DNA from: Marsupella aquatica
Taxonomy: Eukaryota > Plantae > Marchantiophyta
Direction of reading: 5' to 3'
Length of the DNA: 64,000 nucleotides
NCBI GenBank assembly: GCA_973895155.1
Contig: OZ316899.1
Span: forward strand, 11,719,775-11,783,774
Shown: in pieces, positions 37,234 through 48,909 of the stretch
Layout: every line of letters begins with the position of its first letter
Numbering within the stretch: the first letter of the stretch is position 1
Position numbers and translations under genes: made by a program
Notes under the pieces: generated by a model
Databases searched by the model: none
What the model saw: the letters and a program-made list of their open reading frames with translations, nothing else
Told to the model about the DNA's origin: nothing

Positions 37234-40200
37234 ATGGAGAATCATTCTCCTGGCCATTCTGAAACATCCAAGTCCTTGTTCTCTAGATCGGTTTATACAC
37301 GGAGAGTCACTCGTTTGTCTGCGTTGAACTCTTTGCGAAACATTAGTCAGGCAATTCCAAAGCCAAAACAAGGCCTCATGGAGTCTTATAGAGATTTTGT
37401 TATGGAGGACGGGGGTGAGGGAGTTCTATCCATGGATGTTGTCATCGCCAAATACGCAATGTCATTTAGGAGTAGATTTCCAAGGGGAGAAGAGAGAGTT
37501 GCCGCATATCCCTCTTTGCCGCCTTGTTCACATGGAAGTCGTTTGGACTTTACAGAAAAATAGTGCATCTATCGACAAGCTCAAGGATTCATTTCGGAGC
37601 TCTGGGTACAATTCTTCAATTGGGATGCGGTTTTATGTCCAGCCAGCAGATTTAGAAGGAGTCCTTCAATTGTGCACGCCTGAAATTTGGGAGACCTAGG
37701 ATGCTGTTTGGGTTGCTCAGAACAACTTGTTTGAAGCAAAATGTGCTGCTAATCTAGACTTCCACATCTTGAAGGATAAGATGTTTTGTGTCTTTGACGG
37801 GAATCATCGACTCTACTCGTGGACTCAAGAAACAAATGAGAACCCAGACAATATCAAGTACCATCCGCGTGTTCAATGCACTATCTTGAGATTGAGGTTC
37901 TCTAGTTGAGCTTGAAGCGGCTATGCACACGGTGAACTAGTAAGTCATCCTTTAGTTGCATAAACGCTTTTAAATTTGATGGATTGCAATTGATTTTTGC
38001 AAGGTTGGTTAGCGCCAGGCGCTATTAATTTACGGTATCTCTTTCAGGTTAGGGCAAGCAGTGGTGGAACCGTTGTGGATTCTTGATGCTGATAGAATCA
38101 AACGGATTCTAACACATGACCTAGACGCCTACAAGCTGATCATTGACCCTACCAGCTTCAAGCAATTTCAGATTATTTGTGCCAAGACAAGAAAGGGGTC
38201 GTGGTATACCAAGCAGATGCCATTGGAACCATTGGTTTACATCTTGTGTGAAAACAAGATTAAGTTGTATTCCCTTCAATTTAAGCTTGACTTGGCTGTT
38301 GCTACAAGTCAAGGTTGCCTATAGTCACCTGAAGAGATCGGTAAGCAATATGCTGCCATGATGAAGGAGGCAACAAAGGAGTGGAGCATAAAGACATCCA
38401 AGATTACCCCCTTAATTAGCCCTGAGTTTGGTGATTTTCTGTCAACTTGTGCAGAAATGTACATACTTATAGAGAGGAACAAATGGGAAAAGAAGTCAGA
38501 CTCTGTAGTCTATACGATGGACTGCGTGCGTCTGTTCACTGCTGTCTCTTATTTGGATCCAAAGCTGCAATGTACCCTTCTTGTTGCTCACTATACCCCC
38601 GAGCTCAGAAAACAGTTTTCCACCCCCCGAGTGTTAATGATGACCCTGTTAAACAATGGTGTCATACTTGGCATATGTGGAGTTGGGTGGAAGGAATTGC
38701 AATTGGAATGTTACAGACATCTCTTTGGCAAGTCCAGTCAATCCTACCTACTGACCGTCTGGCGATAGGAGGAGTGGATACTTTGAGGCTTTGGTTGTAA
38801 ACATCACCAATGATTTCAAGACATACGGTGAAACAGTGAAGGCAAAGTTTTTTAGCACAATTTGGCAGTCCAAGTATGGGGACAAGGAAGACTATACCAT
38901 TCGCAACCATAAGCAAGCAAAGAGATATCTCTATCGCTTCTACATGGCGATGGAGACCAGTTCTCCTGAGTATTTTTGGGCTTACCCTCCTGCATTCCAG
39001 AAATGGTCCATTCTTGAGGGGGATGCTTTTAGCAAAGTTTACTCAATGTACCCTACCAAAGGGGACTTTCCCCGGCGTGACATTTCACAGTGGGAGATAA
39101 CCCATTGTCCGTGGTATCTTGATACAGATAAGTGGGACACCCCTTTCGATGAAGCTGAAAAGGATGCCTTTCTGAAATTGTCAAAGTCTTTAGTGCCTAG
39201 AAAAGTTCTTTATGAAATGAAACAAGGTTTATCGGAAGATGTGGATGCCTCGTCCACCGAGCTGTAGAAACATTGCAAAACATAAGTCCTGCATGTAGAC
39301 AAGAGTCAAAAACCTTGGGCGAAAGCAAAAGTAGACACGGGAGTAACCAGCCCATCCACGAGATCTGGGAAGAAACGTGAGATTCTTCTATTTTTCATTG
39401 GCATTATGTATTTCCCTGTTATTGTTTAGAGATTTCAGTGACTTTTGGTTAGCACCATAGATATTGTTGTCTCCTTATTGATTGCTTTTGGTGAATTTTG
39501 GTTAGCGCCCAACGCTGGTTGTATTTAGATCGTAAGCTTTGCAACTTTTCAATATTTGTTTTAGGTGGACAAAAATTGGATGGAGAAGAAACACAAGATG
39601 CAAAGACGACGGTCACTCCTGACGTCTCTGAAGCAGATACGGGGGAACAATATGTCCTTGATGAACAAACTCCTCCCAACATGGAGAAGATGGTGCGACC
39701 CGCAGATGCCACCAGCACAAAGAAAGAAAAAAAATCTTTGGATCATGGATTTTCCTCTCGGGATTCGGTCGCTTCTACTAGTGTTCAACGAGATGTTGGA
39801 CAATTCAAATCTAAAACCTCTAGGCATGTTTTTGTGGAGTCTAGCGTGATGGACTTCTTTGATAGTGTATTCACAAAAGAGCATAAACTGGCATGGGTGT
39901 CAAATGTGGAGAAGTGGGGGAAAGACCTTGTCTTGCTTGGTCTCAAGGAGAAAGGAGTCATAAGAGGAGGAAAGATGAGATCATTTGGAGTTGATGCAGG
40001 ATTTGTTGACCTCCCAACTGGACTCCGCCCATCTATTCTAGAGAAGAAGTCTCCAAAGTGGAATTCCCCACATCACCAAATTGTTGGGTCATTCTTTCGT
40101 GCAATGGACCCCTTTCTAGCCGATGATGGGTTATTGGCAATATTGCACACCGGCGAATATGACCAGATCTTGCAAGTCATTGCCGCGAGCTAGGAGTCCA

Positions 40201-41519
40201 AAAAGTTTCAGTGTGTCAAAACCCTGAACGTGATTATGGGAGTTCCAATGTACATGGCCCGAAGTGATTGTTAGGTAATTTCCCACCCAATGAGAAGGTT
40301 GTTTCCAAAACTGTATTGATATGCCCTTCACTCGATGTGCTGATCTTTACTAGCGTCGGGCGCTATCCAAAACTTCCTTACCTTTGTGGGCTCTACTTTG
40401 TTAGCGTCGGGCGCTATCCAAAAATGTATTGATATACCCTTACCTTTGTGGGCTGTACTTTGTTAGTGCTGGGTCTTCCCTTGATTCTAGGGACTGCATT
40501 TTGCTAGTGTCTGCATCTTTACAAATAATTTATTAATTGTTTGGGTCTTTCACAGGTTTTCACATTAAGACTAGATCTGTTCAGTCGTGTTTCTTCAAAG
40601 GTTAAGGTTCCAAAGGACCCCAAGTTTTGGCCCCTCTTGGCAACTGAAGATCCTTCCATCACTAACCTTATTGGCCTCCCAAGTCTGAGGAAGGATCCAA
40701 CTCCTTCAGCAGCATTTGCTGGGAACGGACGCTTGTCTGTGGGGTTCATGCAATCTGTTTTAGAGTTAATCACCCGACCGGGTGACATTGTTATGGACTG
40801 GACTGTGGGTTTGGGGAGTACATTTGTTGCGGGTGACTATAGTGGTCATTTTATTCTTGGTATAGAAAACCGAAAAGAGTTTGTTGATATTGCTGAGAAG
40901 ACATGGATGGAGTATTTGATTCCAAAAGATGTCAGTTTGTCATCTCCCGACAAAGATGCGGAAAAAAAACAGAAAGATAAAGTTTGCTCTGTCTTAAATT
41001 TTGACTCTGAAGAAGAAGAAGAAAAGGATGCGGGTGGAGATGATGCTTTTGGAGGACAAGGAGAAGAGAATGCAGGAAACCAAAAGAAGAGGAAGACGAC
41101 CAAAGAAACATAAGATTTGGATTCTTTTGAGTAATGCCCGTAAGCTACTTCACTTTACATTATCGATTTTGGATATGTCCCCTTTTCATTTTCAATTCTA
41201 ATGCAATTCCGTCCCTCTTCCAGATTGGAGTGGAATCTTTGAGAACGGTTTTGTCTCCGGAGGAAATTTCTAGAAAAGTTCTTGTTTCTCCTCATAAGCC
41301 GTTCATGTTCCCCTCTTATGCAGAATATGTTGCACGCAAAGAAGAACATAGGAGAACACTTGGGAGAGTAAGGGGCTACGGTTAAGGAGAAATTCAGATA
41401 GGAAATTCATCCATTAGCCTTTTGTCGATGATGTGGCTAGAAGCAAATTTATAGACGATGAAGCCGAGTCTACCGATAGGTCCGACAGTAGCGAGTCCAA
41501 GTCATCTAACTTGGAGTAG
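37234..41519 (+). pseudogene. ParB/Srx-like plus beta-class DNA methyltransferase-fold gene, copy 2
   Basis: Exons about 37234-37939, 38048-39376, 39565-40274, 40556-41139, 41224-41519, with intron positions matching copy 1. FCVFDGNHRLYSW; GVDAGFVDLPTG; TRPGDIVMDWTVGLGSTFVAGDYSGHFILGIE. Many stops and frameshifts. Confidence 0.8.
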
Positions 41520-43665
41520 GTTCATTCTTACTTTTTAATGTTTTCTTGGGATCCTTGTACTAGTGCCTAGCGCTATTAAAGTATACATTTTGATCTGAGC
41601 CTTGAATGAAGACAAATGCACTGGAAGTCTCTTTCTTTATTACACATTTGTCTAGATATCATAAATGCATGTACTCGTATAGTTGTACGCAAAATAATTG
41701 TACTTTCATTTTCATACGTATTCTTTTGATCTGGTCCCGTTGATTTGGTTGTTTCTCCTCCCTCAAAGTGCCACTCGTTTCTTAAACTTTGGGTCACATT
41801 TCTCCCGATTCTTACTGTGAGGCGCCGACTTTTGAAAGTTCTGCATCGACCCAGCTTCACCTCTTTTTTTCTCAAACGATTGAGCTGCCCGTAATTTTGC
41901 ATCTGGTGTTTCTCTTTGCTTTGATGGATAAGGGGAAGCAGATTGCAAAATTGGGGAGCCAGACTCCGCCAAAGACAAAGGTTATGAGGTCCATTGGAGC
42001 TCCGGATTTGGATTTGACTGCTTCCTTGATGCAATACCTACAGACATCCACCGAGAGGAACAGTTTATGGCTGGCTTTGGATGAGGGTATTAGCCGCAGA
42101 TCAGAACACCTTCCGCCGCAGATCAGAACACCTTCGGAAAATCTGCGGCAAAACTTTCAGACATCCAATTGTTTCTATTTTGCAAAGTCCAATTTCCCAA
42201 GAATCGGAAAAAGACAATCGGAAACGAATCGGAACTACTGATTATTTTGGGATCGGACGTTTTGTTTATGTCTATTTCAGACTTAACGGTGTCCGATTTA
42301 TTGTGTAACGGATATTCCTTCCGTCCATTCTAGCAAAGTTGGGAATTCCGATACAAATGCGATGGAAATAGCATTGGAATTTTTTATATATTTGGAGTCG
42401 GGAAGAGCGATGTCAAGACAAACGGACTTTTTGATATGTGTGATGTCGGACTTTGCGATACGTGTGATATCGGAAATTGCGATGATATTGGTTTTGGACA
42501 TTACGATCGTTATGACATCGGATATAGTTTGGTACCAACAAAATGCGTTTGCACATGGGTTTCCGGTTTCAAATGGGAGGCCTAATTGCAAGGGGTTTTA
42601 GCTTGGGTGCAATTTAAACAATTATTGAGGTCCAATATTTAGGGTATAGGGTATTTGATTCAAGGAAGACTTGATACATGGGGAAGGATGACATGGAATA
42701 AGTATACATAGATGGATCATAGACAAAAATGTAATATCTAGAGGAAAATTTAGTACAAAAAATGGAGAACGTACATATACATATATACATGGTGCAAAAT
42801 ATCCTAAAGGCAGGGCATAACAAATCTAAATAGTGCCCTCCAACTAGCCACCTAGCTAGCCTAGTACTATGTATGTCTACCTAGCCCACTATCCATACAA
42901 GCTATGTCACGTCTTCCTCTTCTTCAGGCGGGAGCGACTAGGCTGGTCTGCGGTATGAGTCTCTACTACTGGTACATCAGGTAGTACCTGATGGTCTTGA
43001 CCACCTAATGTGGCTCCATCCTCTCCTGGTGAACGATGTGCAGAAGCAATCTCTGGTACCCCCCATCTCCAGATGCTACTGAACCACGGGAGGGCACCCC
43101 TTCCCCAACACAAGTGTGGAAAGAAGCCCCTCCAGTGCCACCACCACTACCCCCTTCAGGCTGAAAATCACCTCCACCATTACTACCACCAGAACCTCTA
43201 GACTGGCCAGTAGCAATGCCACCACCACCACTATGAGGGTGAGAAACAGAACTAGCCCTCAACTGACGAGGAGGAACACCACCACCAGCACTACCCCCCT
43301 TAGGCCAAGACTCACCTCCACCACTATGGCGAGAACCTCCTGACTGGCTCCCTACACCACCACTATGAATGAGAGATGGTGTGGGCACATGACTAACAAC
43401 CCTCTCCCCCGACTGTCGTGAACCACCTGGTACACTACCAAGGCCAGCCCTGAACTGACTATACGCAACACCACCACCACTACCCCCTACAGGCCGAGAC
43501 TCACCTCCACCACTACGGCTGGAACCTCCAGACTGTCTAACAACACGACCACTGTCAGCATGAGATGGTGCGGGTGCATGAACACAAACCCCCTCGGACT
43601 GTCAAGAAGCACCTGGTACAACATCAGGGCCAACCCTAAACTGACAAGGAGCAACACCGCCCCAT

Positions 43666-43835
43666 TGGCCACCTCCGACAGCTGGAACCCGAGATGCACT
43701 ACCAACCCCTTGACCACCTCCAGCAGCTGGAACCTGAGATGCCTTACCAACCCCTCGGCCACCTCTAGCAACTGGAACCCGAGACGCACTACCAACCCCT
43801 CGGCCACCTCCAGTAGCTGGAACTCGGGACCCACT
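43666..43835. repeat. 45-bp coding repeat (GVGSASRVPAxGGGR), about 4 copies
   Basis: Units at 43701, 43746 and 43791 plus a partial unit at ~43666. Confidence 0.8.
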
Positions 43836-44192
43836 ACCACCACTCCTGCCTGGTAATCTCCGATGAGGAGGCATATTGCCTCTAGTGCTCTCCATCCGGC
43901 AAGTGGGGCCACCTACACACCTACTAGACTGGTGACGTCCTCTCTCATGGGATCTCGACCGACCATGTGCACGACTAGAAGGTCGTACTGGAGCCTTGGC
44001 CACACTCCCCTCCGAGGTACTGTCCTCCTTGTCCTCCCCCTCAACATCCTCCTCACTATTCTCCAAGTCCTCCTCACCCCCCTCATCATCCTGCACATTA
44101 CATTAATCCCCAATCCATATTTGTCATTCAATTCTACATGTATGAAATGTAAGCCATCTATGATCAATTTAACAACCACTCTTACCGACGCC

Positions 44193-47100
44193 TATGATGC
44201 CTAGCCAAGAATCACTAGGCCGGTTTACATGGTAAAAGCAGGAGTGTACCCTGGAAACACCTTAGTATAGTAACAAGACAAAGAAAATATAAACAATTAA
44301 GGGTGACTATGGAACCCGGGCCGAGGTCGGAAGTAAGGACGTCGGGGGAGAGAACACGATTAGGGTTAGGGTGCACTAAGTGTCGGCGGCTAGGGGTGAC
44401 CAATGGGAGGGAAGACCAGAGGAGGAGAGGGGTAAGGACCACTTGCGAGGAATGGTGGCTCAATTGCAAGCATGAACTGGGCAGACGACTACGGGAGGCC
44501 AAATACTGTCAGCTGCTTAGGCAAGCACTCTGGGTGGGAACATATACCAACGATTGAGTCAAGGAGGGTATGAGCAACGTCAATCAAGCGGCACATTTTT
44601 GGGGATGCCTGTTCGAACGGGCAACTGAGTACATTGGGACTTACGAGGACGAAGAATCGGAGAGAGCAACTCAAGAACGACAGGAGCTCGCTTGATTGTG
44701 GGAGCTGCAGAAGTCTGCCTTCTTAGGAGGAGAACTCATCAAGGCCGAGTTCTTGTGGACTTCTACTGCCAATCAGCTCAATGACCTTCTGTTTTGCGAA
44801 GACAGAATCGTCGGCATTCGGGAAGCCATCAATTGCTGCAATGACGCGCACTGGGAGTTGAAGGGTAGCATGGAAGGGTGGACAAAGGCAACTGTGCTAG
44901 GAGAAACATCCACGGCAGCCGAGATGAAGAGGAAAGGAAACAACAACAAAGAGGCCACCCCGGCAAAAAGAACGAGGTTGGCGGCACCAAGGAAACCAGC
45001 AGAGCAGTAGAACAGGAGGCAAGGAGAAGCCGAAGAGGAGGAGGTTGATCCCATCAATGCCATTCCAACAAGGGATGACACCTGGAAAGGCTGGGCGGCG
45101 ACCCTACCAGAGGAAGTGCAATTACATTTTGCACGAGAGGAGGATGCATGCTTTACGCCCATGCAGACCAAGAAGTACCAGGGCTTCATGGCCGGATCTG
45201 GCTTGGAAACCTTTGTAAGATTACCATGGCTGAAGCCGGAGGTGCCGGACTCAGACTTATTAGAATTCGTGGGATCATGGGAACCCGAGACCAATTCCAC
45301 GAGGGTGTATGGGAAGGATTTCTATCTCACTACCCGGGTGATTGCCGAGGTGTTTGGCTTGTTGATGGGTAATAAGACCAAGGTTGATACCAGGAAGATC
45401 TTACCTGACAAGGAGTTCCAGTCGTTCCCAGGACCATCAACAAAGAATGGCTTGTTCCGGAACACCTGCACCAACCCACACATCGGAGAGATGATCGATT
45501 TCTTGCGGGTGACCATGCATTGTAACTTGCCGAGGGCAAAGATCGGCAAGGCTCAGGTCTACCTGGCAAAAAGGCCAGACCCAAGCCGGGATTACAACGG
45601 GTACCTCCTCAACCAACTGAAGAAGAACTTGAAGGAGGAACAGCAGGTGATCGGCGTGGGAAGCGTGTCCCGGCTTGGCTATCACATGCCGCTGTTGTGC
45701 CGGTATGCCAGAAGTCAAATCTTTGCCCCAGTACTTCCCCTATCGGCAAGGGCACTGGAGGAGGTTCCGGAGCAAAGGCCGACAACAAAAGAGCCCAACC
45801 AGCCTGCCAGTCCTACAATTGAGCAGGTGTTTCGGCCAAGGAAAGAAGACTTGCCGATGCAGCAATCAGGCATGCAGAATCTGCTAAAAATGCTGGAGAA
45901 GGAGAGAACGGCACCAGCAACGGCAACGGCACCGGTACAGGACACTGCCCCAGAGGCTGGCCTAAGCCGACTCAGGAGGAAAAACCCCTTTACCGGAGCC
46001 AAGGAGAGAATGAGGCCTAAACACAAGCCGGGAATGCGAATGTATGTGGGAGCCTCAAGCCCCGAATCGGAGGCAGAGCAGCCTAAGGCTCCTTCCCGTG
46101 GAGAGCAGAGGGAGAGGACAGCTTGGAACCCAGAGGAAGAACAAGAGCCCGTGATCTGTGAGGCCGTTTTCACGGCAGGACCAGGGGAACAGAGGGGGAA
46201 GCCGGGAGTCCAAGCAGTGGAGGAGGCTGTGGAGGACTACAACAATGATAACTCCGGCTATGGGTCGGATCATCATGTTCCAGGAGTAAGGACCTGTGGC
46301 CGATTTATCCCCATGCTTCCAAGAGTAGTTCAAGGGGACCTCACCCAACAGAGTAGCCCCGAGTCTCCCCCACCAGAGGTTGCTCCCCCGAGCTTTGACG
46401 GCATAAAGCAGACGGCACAAGAATTTCAGGAGCGACTTAGGGAGGAAGAGAAAACAGCCATGGCTAGGGAGAAAGATTTACCAGGAGGAGATTGGCCGGA
46501 GGACATCAGGCGGCTTGCCGAAAAAAGAAGCAACCCTCTTGCCACCGTAGAAGAAATCCGCAAGGCGGCTTGGGAACAGAGGCTGAGGTGGTTGATGCCG
46601 ATGACTTCTACTTACTCCACCTATGCTAAAGATAGAGCCATGGAGTACGGGGAGATGTGTGGGGACCTGGCGCTCAGCATCTTTGGGGAGGAGTTGGAGC
46701 AGGGACCTTTTTTCTAGAGGGAGATGTTGGAGAAGCACCGATTAGAAGAAGCGGTGGCTTTGGAGAGAAGCAAGAAGGACGAGGTCATCCAATGGCTTAG
46801 GGAGAAGGAAGCCGAGGTGGAAGTCCTGCAAGCGTCCAAGAAAGCCCAAGATGAGCTGCGGATTAAGCGGCATGAGCTAAACATCATGCAAGGACAATTG
46901 GATGCCGCTCAGTCTGGCAATCAGATTATCAAGGATAAACTGACTCGGACCCAAGGAGAGTTGGCCAGTGCGGTCAAGGACAGGGAAAAGTGGAAGCAGG
47001 AGCTGTGGGACGCATAGGAGGCCCACATAACCGCCAACAACCGGGCCATGGCGGAGACTCAGAGAAGGGAGAGGGCGTTGAAAGGAGAGCTCGAGGATAT

Positions 47101-48909
47101 CCGCGGAGCCCTTGAGCAGAAGGAGGCCGAGTTAGGGAAATCCTATCAAGGGATTATTGCGCTGCAGTAGGAGCTTGCGTCCCTGACAGCCAGCTTCAAG
47201 GCCAACCTGCGTGAAAAGGACAACCAGCTCGACCAGACTTATGCCAAGATGAATAAGATGGAGTCTGAGGTCGTAGCAGAGCTCGACAAGGAGCTAAGAG
47301 CAACCCAGGAGGAGAGGGCTACCTTAAAATTGGAATTGGAAGAAGCCAAAAAGGAGCTGCAGGAGGGACAAAAGGACCTGGAGGAAGCCCAGGAGGAGTT
47401 GGAGGAAACCACCAGGAAGATGGAGAACTTACAGCGGCGGGCCGACAACCAAACGGAGCGGCTGAAGAAACAGGCCGCAGTATTTAAGTGCTTAGCTTCA
47501 TCTGGTCCAACTCCAATTGTGGGAACTCCGTTACCAGGAGGGGTACTAGTCGAAAGACAAGCTGAGACACACGCCCCGGTGCCGGAGGTAGGTAGCAAGG
47601 GGAAGGGACCAGCTATCGAAATAGGGAAGAAGAAGAAGCGGAAACCTTCTGGGTCTAGGAGTTATACGGCTTCTCAAGCAATTGTGACCAAGAAGATAAA
47701 CCCGACTCCAACCTCCGACATCGACAAGGCGGTGGATCCACCAGTCCTAGGAAGTGGGGATGGCAAGGCCGAGGCCGGGACAACCAGTAATGAAGCCGAG
47801 GTACCAGATCCTCCACTAGAACATGTCGGGGAGGCCGTGGCCGATGCTGAGACCGAAGCCGAAGGTGGACTCAGTCAGGCCGATGAAGAGTTGACTCGGT
47901 CCGGGGTAGGTAATCTGTCAGAGGACGGACCAACGGCAGTGGCTGCGGAGGAAGCGTTGGGGGCGTCCATTGAGGACCAGCCACCGGGGTCGTGATGGTG
48001 TAAGGGAGCCGTCCCTTTTAGGGAGGGCGGACGTGGAGGTAGGAGGCGTGAGTGGGCAGGGCGGGCGCTAATCTCCAAGTTTAGACTAAGGATCAGGACC
48101 AGGAGACGGCCCTGACACTTAGATTAGTGGGATTGCGGATCCACGAGTAAGGGCGACACTTGTGCTCCTGCCTCGCTGTACATAGGTAGATTACAGTTAG
48201 GTAGATTACAGATAGGTAGATTAGGCATACGCTGCAAGGAATCAGGCGGATCCACAACCAGGATAAGTACCTGGGCTGCGGGGAGTTTAGGGCCTCTTCT
48301 TTAGCAAGTTTTTAGTTGCACCAGCAGGGCTGGGATCAAGTAGTAAGAGAAGCTCTCGGTTATTTATACAGTGACCCTTGTGTATATTCATGTTTCCTCA
48401 TGCCTAAGAACTGAATAGAGTTGGCCTCACGGCTTAGTTTGCAGAGCTTGTGTATGAGATGTACTGTTTGTATGGCAAGTGCATGGTATAACTCAGTCAG
48501 AAGGAGTCATTTTGCTATTTGTGTGTCGCATTAACTTGTGTGAAGAGTGCCCACATCAATGAAGGGAAGTAGCAAGGGAGTGAGAGTTGGATGTGTCGAG
48601 CTGAGAGAGTTCTTAGCGGCTTAACCAAGCCAATTGGGGATCATTCCGGCGGCGAAATCCAAACATACCTAATGGAAGACCAGGAGAGGAATACAAGGGA
48701 GGGCCTAGAATAGGCCGGCTAAGTATCTCATGACCCGATGAAGGATCTGTCCAGTATATGTGTGTAAAATGTTAATAGTAGTAGTAGAGGAGATTAGCAG
48801 CGTCCCATGCCGCTAAGCCGCGGAAACGGCCTTGTCGAGGACGAAACCTGCGGGAAACGGCTTGTGCGGGGGGGTTTCTTGGGTTTGGGGAGCCATGGGA
48901 CGCACCACA
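44193..48909 (+). mobile_element. Solo-LTR-like element family C (4717 bp) with a long internal ORF
   Basis: TATGATGC..GCACCACA termini; TSD ACGCC at 44188-44192 and 48910-48914; no internal direct repeats and no gag or pol seen. Confidence 0.85.
44696..47995 (+). pseudogene. Retrotransposon accessory protein (PMD/Transposase_32-like domain plus long coiled coil) inside LTR C
   Basis: One reading frame broken only by TAG stops (45008, 46715, 47015, 47168); GLETFVRLPW..LLEFVGSW..TRVYGKDFYLTTRVIAEVFGL; E/K/Q-rich coiled coil at 46724-47480. Confidence 0.6.

Noticed and set aside
41700-42092. Start of a MULE 2-like transposase after ParB-MTase copy 2
   Set aside because: Only weak resemblance (TPPK, NSLW); not supportable without an alignment.
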